From NCBI GenBank assembly GCA_035276045.1, contig DATELZ010000147.1:2626-66625 (forward strand): DNA of 64,000 bases, written 5' to 3'. How positions within the stretch are numbered: the stretch's first letter is position 1; every line of letters begins with the position of its first letter. The notes under the pieces are model-generated. The model was not told where the DNA came from, searched no databases, and worked only from the letters and a program-made list of their open reading frames with translations. Below, piece after piece: positions 54,281-61,810 of the stretch. A program made the position numbers and the translations under genes. Source of the DNA: Pyrinomonadaceae bacterium. GTDB taxonomy: Bacteria; Acidobacteriota; Blastocatellia; Pyrinomonadales; Pyrinomonadaceae.

Positions 54281-55195
54281 TTATTTCTTCTGGCGCGCCA
54301 TCACGCCTGCATCGACAGTCTCGCCGGTGCGTGAAACAGCCTGGAAGTACATCTGATCGCCGGCAACTTCAAATAACATGAAATGCAGATCCTGATCGTA
54401 AGCCTTGTCAGTCAACGGCGATGGCCGTCTGATGTCGCCTTTGCGAAGTTTCCCCGCCGCGCCTGAAACGAAATAGTAGATCCCCTGCTGCGGCTTCACT
54501 CGTTCGTACACGTGATCGTGGCCCGTGAGCACGACGTTCACGCCATACTGCACGAAGATCGGTTCCAATACTTTGCGCAGATCGTCGTCCGAACCGTGGC
54601 TCTTCGCCGATGAATACGGCGCATGATGGAAGAAACAAACCTTCCATTCAGACGTGTCGGCGGCCAACTGCTCCTGCAACCACGTCAACTGTTTTTTATC
54701 CATGTAGTTGCTGTTGAGCGCGTAGAAGGCGACGTTGCCTTTCTTGAAGCGGTAATACTCCTTCCCGTTCATGTTGAAGAGTTCGTAATTCGCCTGAAGC
54801 GCGAGATCGTGATTGCCAAGCGAAGCATAGAACTTCACTTTCCCGTCGAGCAGCGGCCGGTACACGTCCGAAAACTTCTCTTCAAAATCCTTCGGGCTCT
54901 CGCCGCCATACATGTTGTCGCCCATCATCACCACAAATTCGAACGGAAAGGTCTGCCAGTAACGCACCATCATGTCGGCCACTTGTTGCTGGCCTTTGCC
55001 ACCGGTGCCGCTGTCGCCCATTGCCGCGAAACGCACGGAACCATCTTTTAGAGGCAAGGCGAGTTTGACTGGAGCTGCTGGTGATGCGTGCGCTGCGGGC
55101 TTTGGACCATTCGCGACGCTTTGCGCAACAACAGCAGTAGAAACGTCGAGCAGCAACGCGGCGAATAAGAATAGAGAAAGTATCAATCGCGGCAT
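54281..55195 (-). CDS. Secreted calcineurin-like metallophosphoesterase (purple-acid-phosphatase-like)
   Basis: Motifs in order: GDSG, GDNMY, GNHD, FFHH, GHDHVYER. ATG 55195 follows GGGAGA. Signal peptide: MPRLILSLFLFAALLLDVSTAVVAQ. Confidence 0.85.
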   Translation of the reverse strand: MPRLILSLFLFAALLLDVSTAVVAQSVANGPKPAAHASPAAPVKLALPLKDGSVRFAAMGDSGTGGKGQQQVADMMVRYWQTFPFEFVVMMGDNMYGGESPKDFEEKFSDVYRPLLDGKVKFYASLGNHDLALQANYELFNMNGKEYYRFKKGNVAFYALNSNYMDKKQLTWLQEQLAADTSEWKVCFFHHAPYSSAKSHGSDDDLRKVLEPIFVQYGVNVVLTGHDHVYERVKPQQGIYYFVSGAAGKLRKGDIRRPSPLTDKAYDQDLHFMLFEVAGDQMYFQAVSRTGETVDAGVMARQKK

Positions 55196-55221
55196 GATTG
55201 GATCTCCCGTCACTCCAAAAA

Positions 55222-55794
55222 TTACGGCAAAGCGTTCGTCATGTAATCGACAATCAGGTTGTTTTCCCGGTCCACTAATAACAGGTTTGGGCCGACAAAC
55301 CTATACCGCATCTCCTGCGGCAACTGCGGCAGTTTCAGCAACAGCGTCGGCGGCATTTCGGCAAACTCTTTTTCTTCCGGATACGGATAGTTGACCCTGA
55401 CGGGCACGCCCCGCGTTTCGGCGGTCAGGATCGTCTTCCGCAGTTCGACCTTGTCGCGCTGGCTGAAATCTTCACGAAGGACGCTGCGAATGTAAGTCGC
55501 GACTTCAGGCACGAACAGCTCGCCGCGTTTAGCGCCCGATCTCGACGCGCGCATGGCGTCTTCGAACGACGTCATGTAAGCGTGAATCTGTTCCGGTGTG
55601 CTGTCTTTGGAAAGCTTAACCGGAAGCTTCGACTTAATGTCATTGCGAAGTTTCAGATATTCTTTGACGCGTTTTTCAAATGTCGCGATGGTCTGCTTAT
55701 CTGCGTCTGAAACAGTTTGTGCTTGTGCAACTCCCAAACTCAGCGCCAGACACACAACCGCCAGCCTAACGGCACTTCGAGTTTTGCAATTCAT
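55222..55794 (-). CDS. Hypothetical secreted protein
   Basis: ATG 55794 gives MNCKTRSAVRLAVVCLALSLGVAQAQ, a signal peptide. The longer ORF-track start adds a non-signal leader. Confidence 0.6.
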   Translation of the reverse strand: MNCKTRSAVRLAVVCLALSLGVAQAQTVSDADKQTIATFEKRVKEYLKLRNDIKSKLPVKLSKDSTPEQIHAYMTSFEDAMRASRSGAKRGELFVPEVATYIRSVLREDFSQRDKVELRKTILTAETRGVPVRVNYPYPEEKEFAEMPPTLLLKLPQLPQEMRYRFVGPNLLLVDRENNLIVDYMTNALP

Positions 55795-55907
55795 GCTCCG
55801 ATGAATTCGCAAACGAAATGCCAGTTGAAAAACCGCGATTTTTGCGGGGTTATCGAGGTAGCGCCGAACGCTTGTAGAACAGTTACAATCTGCGTCGATA
55901 CAAAACA

Positions 55908-57074
55908 ATGCTGACCACGCTCGCTATCGCCAACTATCGTTCGCTGCGCAATCTGATCGTTCCGCTGCAACGGCTCAACCTGATCACGGGCGCTAATGGG
56001 AGTGGCAAGTCGAGTGTTTATCGCGCGCTGCGATTGCTCGCGGAGACGGCGCAGGGAGGCGTGATTCCGTCGCTCGCGCACGAAGGCGGGTTGCCGTCGA
56101 CGCTCTGGGCCGGCCCGGAAAACATCGGCCGCACAGTGAGACGCGGCGATCATCAAGTCGAAGGCACTGTGCGTAAGGAGCGCACGAGTCTGCGTCTCGG
56201 ATTTGCGGGCGACGAGTTTGGTTATGCGATCGATCTCGGGTTGCCGCCGCCGTATAAACCTTCCGCCTTTTCTCTCGATCCCGAGATCAAAACGGAGACG
56301 GTCTGGGTTGGTCCAATTCTGCGGCCCGCGGCGTTGCTGGTCGAGCGAAAGGGATCGGTCGTGCGCACGAAGCGAGAAGACGGCAGGTGGGATGTGCTTG
56401 GTCACGAACTGTCGAACTTTGACAGCATGATGACGCAGTTTGCCGATCCGCGAAACGCGCCTGAAATGCTGCGGCTGCGCGAACAGATTCGCTCGTGGCG
56501 CTTTTACGATCACTTTCGCACCGATGCCGAAGCACCGGCGCGGCTGCCGCAGATCGGCACGCACACGCCAATCCTGAGCAACGATGGCGCGGACATGGCC
56601 GCCGCGCTGCAAACCATCGAAGAGATCGGAGATGCGGCTGCGCTCGCCGGCGCAGTTGCGGATGCGTTTCCCGGATCGTCTATTTCGGTCCAGAATGTTG
56701 CCGGCCGTTTCGAGATCTCGATGCAACAGCGCGGGCTATTGCGTCCGTTGAAAGCGGCCGAACTCTCCGATGGCACTTTGCGTTACCTGCTTTGGATCGC
56801 CGCGCTGTTGACCCCGCGTCCGCCGGACCTGCTGGTGCTCAACGAACCGGAAACCAGTCTGCATCCCGATCTGCTCCCGGCCCTGGGCCGTTTGATCGCG
56901 AACGCCGCCGAACGATCGCAAGTGCTGGTCGTGACACACGCGCCGAAATTGATCGCCAGTCTTGAAGAACAGCGCGAGTGCAACTCGATAACGTTGGAAA
57001 AAGAGTTCGGCGAGACTAAGATGGTGGGCGCTTACCTGCTCGATATTCCTGCATGGCGCTGGGCTTCGAGGTAA
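55908..57074 (+). CDS. Stand-alone ABC-type/AAA_21-like ATPase
   Basis: Walker A GANGSGKSS, signature-like LSDGTLRYL, Walker B LLVLNEPETSLHP. No transmembrane or nuclease domain is visible. Confidence 0.8.
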   Translation: MLTTLAIANYRSLRNLIVPLQRLNLITGANGSGKSSVYRALRLLAETAQGGVIPSLAHEGGLPSTLWAGPENIGRTVRRGDHQVEGTVRKERTSLRLGFAGDEFGYAIDLGLPPPYKPSAFSLDPEIKTETVWVGPILRPAALLVERKGSVVRTKREDGRWDVLGHELSNFDSMMTQFADPRNAPEMLRLREQIRSWRFYDHFRTDAEAPARLPQIGTHTPILSNDGADMAAALQTIEEIGDAAALAGAVADAFPGSSISVQNVAGRFEISMQQRGLLRPLKAAELSDGTLRYLLWIAALLTPRPPDLLVLNEPETSLHPDLLPALGRLIANAAERSQVLVVTHAPKLIASLEEQRECNSITLEKEFGETKMVGAYLLDIPAWRWASR

Positions 57075-57077
57075 AAC

Positions 57078-58556
57078 ATGATTCTTTTTAGATTCCAACT
57101 CCGATTTTTGTTTCTCCTTGTCATCGGACTGTTTGCGACACTGCAAACGAGTAGTGCCGCGCGGCACAACGATCCGGCTATCGTCTTGAACCCGTGTGAA
57201 ATCAGGGGCGTCAGCGGCGCGAAGTGCGGGACGCTTGAAGTCTACGAGAATCGCGCGACTCGCAAGGGACGAAAGATCGGCATCTACGTTGTCGTCATGC
57301 CGGCTACAGGAGAGAAACGTGAACCCGATCCATTGTTTTACTTTGCCGGTGGACCAGGATCGGCAGCCGCCAGCGACGACGCTCCCGGCGCGGCGCAGGG
57401 CTTTGCGAGAATTCGCGAACGCCGCGACCTGGTATTCGTGGACCAGCGTGGCACCGGGCGATCGAATGGTCTCGAGTGTTCGATGTACGATCCGAAGGAC
57501 GCGCAGAGTCACTTCGGTTATTTCTTCCCGCTCGAAGTCGTTCGGAAGTGCCGCGAACAGCTCGAACCAAATGCCGATCTCACGCTCTACACGACGACGA
57601 TCGCGATGGACGACATCGACGACGTGAGGTCCGCGCTCGGTTACGACAAGATCAATCTCTTCGGTGGTTCGTACGGCACGCGAGCCGCGACGGTCTATTT
57701 GCGGCGTTATCCGAAACGTGTGCGCAGCGCGATGCTTCAGGGTATCTCGCTGAGAGATCAGTATCTGCCGCGCGATTATGCTCGCGACACGCAACGGGCG
57801 CTCGACGGAATTCTGGCGGAATGCGCGGCTGATGAAGCTTGTAACAAGGCGTTTCCTGAGGTGAAGAACGAGGCGAAGGCTGTATTGGAACGGCTCGTTA
57901 AAGCGCCGGTCGAGACGGAAATACGAATGCCCGATTCGATGGCGGCGGCAAAAGTGTCGATGAATCGCGACCTCGCTGCGGAAGCGATTCGGTACATGAT
58001 GTATCACCCGCAGTCGGCGAGCCGTGTACCGCTGTTCCTGCACCTTGCGGCGCAGGGCAATTTCACGCCGTTGGCCCAGGCGGCGCTCCACTACCGCATG
58101 AACCTCGTCGGTCCGGGGACCAACGGAATGTTCCTCTCCGTTACTTGCGCGGAAGATGTGCCGTGGATCAAAACCGGCGAAGGCGAACGTCTCGCGGAGA
58201 ACACGTTTCTCGGCGACTATCGCGTGCGGCAACAGCGTGAAGCATGCGCTTTGTGGCCACGCGCGAAGATCGAGTCAGACTACTCGAAGCCTTTCGTTTC
58301 AGATGTGCCGGCGATGATCATCACGGGCGAGTGGGATCCCGTAACGCCGCCTGCGTATGGCGACGCGCTGACCCGCACGTTGAAAAACAGTTTTCACGTC
58401 GTGGTGCCGCACGGCGGTCACGGCGTCGGTGGGCTCGAAAACGGCGACTGCATCACTCGCTTGAGCGCGGAATTTATCGACCGCGGAAACGCAAATGGTC
58501 TCGACACTGCCTGTGTCAAGACCATTCGCCGGCGTGGATTCGCGTTGAAGTTGTAA
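57078..58556 (+). CDS. Secreted alpha/beta hydrolase (S33 tripeptidyl/prolyl aminopeptidase-like with a TAP-like C-terminus)
   Basis: Signal peptide FLFLLVIGLFATLQTSSA, nucleophile elbow GGSYG, and the C-terminal motif PAMIITGEWDPVTPP. It starts 3 nt after the ATPase stop. Confidence 0.8.
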   Translation: MILFRFQLRFLFLLVIGLFATLQTSSAARHNDPAIVLNPCEIRGVSGAKCGTLEVYENRATRKGRKIGIYVVVMPATGEKREPDPLFYFAGGPGSAAASDDAPGAAQGFARIRERRDLVFVDQRGTGRSNGLECSMYDPKDAQSHFGYFFPLEVVRKCREQLEPNADLTLYTTTIAMDDIDDVRSALGYDKINLFGGSYGTRAATVYLRRYPKRVRSAMLQGISLRDQYLPRDYARDTQRALDGILAECAADEACNKAFPEVKNEAKAVLERLVKAPVETEIRMPDSMAAAKVSMNRDLAAEAIRYMMYHPQSASRVPLFLHLAAQGNFTPLAQAALHYRMNLVGPGTNGMFLSVTCAEDVPWIKTGEGERLAENTFLGDYRVRQQREACALWPRAKIESDYSKPFVSDVPAMIITGEWDPVTPPAYGDALTRTLKNSFHVVVPHGGHGVGGLENGDCITRLSAEFIDRGNANGLDTACVKTIRRRGFALKL

Positions 58557-58565
58557 CGCGGAATC

Positions 58566-59711
58566 TTAGTTTAACAATTGCAGGCCCAGGATCTGTTCGA
58601 GGATCGTCCCGAGGATGCTGTTGGCGCCATTCGAGTAACGGCCGTATTGTGAACGGCTGTAGTAACCATCTTCGTAACCACGACGGAAGCCCTCACGGAA
58701 GTAATACTGATACTCGTTCAGGTCGACGTAGTAACCGTCGTAACCATAACTCGCATCCTGGTAGCCGTATGCTTCCTGCGGATTGAAACCCCAACCGTCC
58801 TGCCTGTCGGCCTGGCCGGCAGAGAACCCTTCGCGATAACCATCGTTAATCGCGCGTTGCAACATCTGTCCACCATATTGGTTGGTGTAGTAATAGTTGC
58901 TGCCGCGTTGATAGCGATAGTTGTACGGTCCGTAGTCGTTGTAACGCCACTGCTGCAAACGCAACTGATCGCGCCGCAGTTGATCCAGATAGCGTTGCTG
59001 GTAACGCAACTGCGCCAGGCGTCGTTGCTGTTCGAGCAGGCGCTGACGCTGCGAGAAAATACTCTGGCGTCGCTGCCATTCCTGCCGGTAACGGGCTTCG
59101 CGTTGTTGTTGTTCTGATCGCCAGTTGCGATTGTTGTTACGCCAGTTGTTATCACGATCACGGTCGCGGTCGTTGCGCCAGTCGCGGTTTCGATCACGAT
59201 CGCGATCCCATTGCCGCTGACGTGATTGATCCTGTTGCTGACGTTGAATTTGCTGTTGACGTTGTTGTTGCAAGCGCTGCTCACGCTCTTGTGATTCACG
59301 GCTTTGATCGCGTCGCTGCTGCTCCCAGCGTTGCTGGCGCTCCTGCGAATCACGGACCTGATCGCGATTGCGTTGCTGCTGCTGTTGTTGCTGCCGTTGC
59401 TGTTCCCAACGTTGTTGTCGTTCCTGCGACTGCTGAACTTGTTGCTGCCGCTGTTGTTCCCAACGTTGCTGCCGTTCGGCGCTGTTCTGTTGCTGTTCCT
59501 GACGGCGTTGCTCCCAGCGCTGCTGTTGCTGCGACTGTTGCGCCTGCCGTTGCGTGTCGCGTTCCTGCCGGCGTTGCTCACGGCCGGCCTGGTTCTCCTG
59601 CCTCCGCTCCTCGCCGCGGCCTCGTCTGCCTTGCGCGCTCGCGATGTCACTTGCTCCCAACAAGAAAGCAGCTATCGCGAGCGACAATCCAATCTGTTTA
59701 ATATGCTTCAC
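58566..59711 (-). CDS. Secreted Gln/Arg-rich low-complexity protein with periodic Trp and a Tyr/Gly-rich C-terminal domain
   Basis: GTG start with AGGAAA upstream. Signal peptide: IGLSLAIAAFLLGASDIASAQ. This is followed by ~200 aa of Q/R/E/D with recurring ERQQRWEQQR, then YNDYGPYNYRYQRGSNYYYTNQYGG..GYREGFSAGQ..GFRRGYEDGYYSRSQYGRY. Confidence 0.75.
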   Translation of the reverse strand: MKHIKQIGLSLAIAAFLLGASDIASAQGRRGRGEERRQENQAGREQRRQERDTQRQAQQSQQQQRWEQRRQEQQQNSAERQQRWEQQRQQQVQQSQERQQRWEQQRQQQQQQQRNRDQVRDSQERQQRWEQQRRDQSRESQEREQRLQQQRQQQIQRQQQDQSRQRQWDRDRDRNRDWRNDRDRDRDNNWRNNNRNWRSEQQQREARYRQEWQRRQSIFSQRQRLLEQQRRLAQLRYQQRYLDQLRRDQLRLQQWRYNDYGPYNYRYQRGSNYYYTNQYGGQMLQRAINDGYREGFSAGQADRQDGWGFNPQEAYGYQDASYGYDGYYVDLNEYQYYFREGFRRGYEDGYYSRSQYGRYSNGANSILGTILEQILGLQLLN

Positions 59712-59953
59712 TTCCTTAGTTTCCTTTCAGTACTGACCGTGGAGAGAGGTCGACAAGTCGCTCATCGGCAGGATTTAGCAATCCGTATTCCATCATCAAA
59801 ATGCAAGGAAATCCGCAGGATCTATGTTGGTTAACGAGACGATATACGTGCTCGGCCAACGATATGGGTTAGGAATTCGCCCCAAATACGCGGGATTCCG
59901 AACTGGCATGGTCCTTGCCAAACTAACCCTGAATCCAAAGGTGAGGAGCACGT

Positions 59954-61795
59954 ATGAAGAACCTGAAAGTGTGGCCGCATCTCGCGCTCATCGCGATCGT
60001 CATTGCCGTAGCAACCGGCTTCGGCGTGGCGTGGTGGATGAAACGCGGCGAGCCCGCGGCCTCAGCCAACGAAGTGCCAAATGCAGCGCGCATCCAGCGT
60101 GTTGATGGTGACGTTGCACTCAGCAACGCGCAGGATACAAGCACCGCGAACAGCGATGCCGAAGACTGGACCACAGCGACGGAAAACCAACCGTTTTCAG
60201 TCGGCGATCGCATCTACACGCGTGATAACTCGCGCGCGAGTTTGGCCTTTACCGGACGCAACTTCGCCCGACTCAATCCAAATACTTCGCTCGACGTCCT
60301 GACGTTACAGGATCGGCGCACGCAGTTAGCACTGCGCGACGGTTCGGCCGTGTTTGACGTCGGCTATCTTGACGACGGCGATATGTTTGAAGTCGCGACG
60401 CCTTATGGCGCAGTCGATTTTCAGCAGCCCGGTCTTTACAACGTCGGCATCGATAACGGTCAGGTGCTCGTTTCAGTGCTGAGTGGTCTGGCGCAGGTTG
60501 TCGGTCTGGGCGGCAGCGGAGAGATCAACAAGGGCGAGTTGCTCACGTTGGCCGGGCAAACCGCCGCGGACGTGGTCCTGTCGCAACTCGACGGGCGCGA
60601 TGCGGGATACGCGGTTGACGATTATTACGCCTACCAGTATCCGCAGTATTACGACGGGCGTTATCGCGATTACAACACCTACTTGAACGATCCTAATTAC
60701 TTCGATCCATCTCGACGGAACGTGAGTTACCAGTACGTCAATTCTCATATTCCCGGCTTGTATGACCTTGACTACTATGGCGACTGGCACAACGTGGACG
60801 GTTACGGCCACGGCTGGACGCCGCGCGTGGATGCGGGTTGGTCGCCTTACCAGGCGGGCTACTGGATGAATGATTATCCGTATGGTCCAACATGGGTGTC
60901 GACCGAGCCGTGGGGTTACGCGCCGTATCACTACGGACGTTGGGCGTTTGCCGGCGATCGTTGGTACTGGATACCTGACAGGGCCAACACAGTGCCGTCG
61001 TATTCGCCGGCGCTCGTGGCGTTCGTGCCGTTTGAGCAGAACCAGATCGGCTGGGTGCCGCTTGGACCAGGCGACACGTACGTGCCGCGTTATTACAACG
61101 CGGGCTGGCAGCCGTACTACTTGAGCAATGCGGATCAGTATCAGCAAGTGGTGAATCTCGGCGTGCCGAATGCGGTGACTGTCGTCCCGATCGACGACTT
61201 CTTCCGTGGTGACGACTGGCGTCGCGCGCGGAAGGCCGATCGAAACATGTTGGCCCAGGTTAACCCGGTGCTCGATCCGTTGCTGGTGGCGCCGCTGCGA
61301 AATGTGGCGATCAACTCGGCGCGGGGTCGAGGTAAGAAGGACATTCCTCCGGGAATCGCGAAGAAGTTGCGCGACACGACTGTGGTGACCAGCGTTTCAC
61401 CGGTCGAGCCGTCGTTCCGGCCTGATTCGCGGCGCTCGATGCGCGTCGAGACTGTGTCGGAGCGAGGTAAGGGTCAGAAGTTTAAAGTCAGAGACGAGCG
61501 GGGAAATGGCAACGCAGGAAGATCTAACGGAAGAACTGCGAGATCCGAGCCAGTTTCACTACAACCGCAACAACAGCAACCGCAAATGGTGAGAAAGCCG
61601 CCACAACGAGAAGAAGTCAATCGTGGCCGCGGCCAGGAAAAGCGGCAAGCCCCGCGGGTTGAGCGTCCTGTTGTGCAACAGTCGCAGCAACAACCACGAG
61701 GTGAGCGCGTCGCACAACCGAAAGCCGAAAAACCCAGAGCTGAAAAACCGAAAGGTAATCAGGGCAAAGGTGGAGGCAAAGGCAAGAAACCGTAA
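59954..61795 (+). CDS. Single-pass membrane protein with a FecR-like domain, a Trp/Tyr-rich domain and a basic Q/K/R/P tail
   Basis: SD GGTGAGGAG. TM segment HLALIAIVIAVATGFGVAWW. FecR-like segment: QRVDGDVALSN..PFSVGDRIYTRDNSRASLAFTGRNFARLNPNTSL. W/Y module: WGYAPYHYGRWAFAGDRWYWIP. Tail: QQSQQQPRGERVAQPKAEKPRAEKPKGNQGKGGGKGKKP. Confidence 0.75.
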   Translation: MKNLKVWPHLALIAIVIAVATGFGVAWWMKRGEPAASANEVPNAARIQRVDGDVALSNAQDTSTANSDAEDWTTATENQPFSVGDRIYTRDNSRASLAFTGRNFARLNPNTSLDVLTLQDRRTQLALRDGSAVFDVGYLDDGDMFEVATPYGAVDFQQPGLYNVGIDNGQVLVSVLSGLAQVVGLGGSGEINKGELLTLAGQTAADVVLSQLDGRDAGYAVDDYYAYQYPQYYDGRYRDYNTYLNDPNYFDPSRRNVSYQYVNSHIPGLYDLDYYGDWHNVDGYGHGWTPRVDAGWSPYQAGYWMNDYPYGPTWVSTEPWGYAPYHYGRWAFAGDRWYWIPDRANTVPSYSPALVAFVPFEQNQIGWVPLGPGDTYVPRYYNAGWQPYYLSNADQYQQVVNLGVPNAVTVVPIDDFFRGDDWRRARKADRNMLAQVNPVLDPLLVAPLRNVAINSARGRGKKDIPPGIAKKLRDTTVVTSVSPVEPSFRPDSRRSMRVETVSERGKGQKFKVRDERGNGNAGRSNGRTARSEPVSLQPQQQQPQMVRKPPQREEVNRGRGQEKRQAPRVERPVVQQSQQQPRGERVAQPKAEKPRAEKPKGNQGKGGGKGKKP

Positions 61796-61810
61796 CACGG
61801 ATTAAACAGA

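Noticed and set aside
55791-58232. Two long minus-strand ORFs (311 and 498 aa).
   Set aside because: They are antisense to the ATPase (Walker A/B present) and to the alpha/beta hydrolase (GxSxG present). Their translations are Arg-rich and have no start context. The same reasoning applies to 51269..52078, 52534..53265, 49928..50554, 12995..13654, 60473..61147, 62730..63752, 62855..63610, 38282..38941 and 27621..28184.
58718-59834. Several overlapping ORFs in other frames and on the other strand of the Q/R-rich gene (310 aa on the minus strand; 159 and 176 aa on the plus strand).
   Set aside because: Low-complexity CAG/CGN-rich DNA stays open in many frames. Only the 58566..59711 frame has an SD, a signal peptide and a coherent C-terminal domain.
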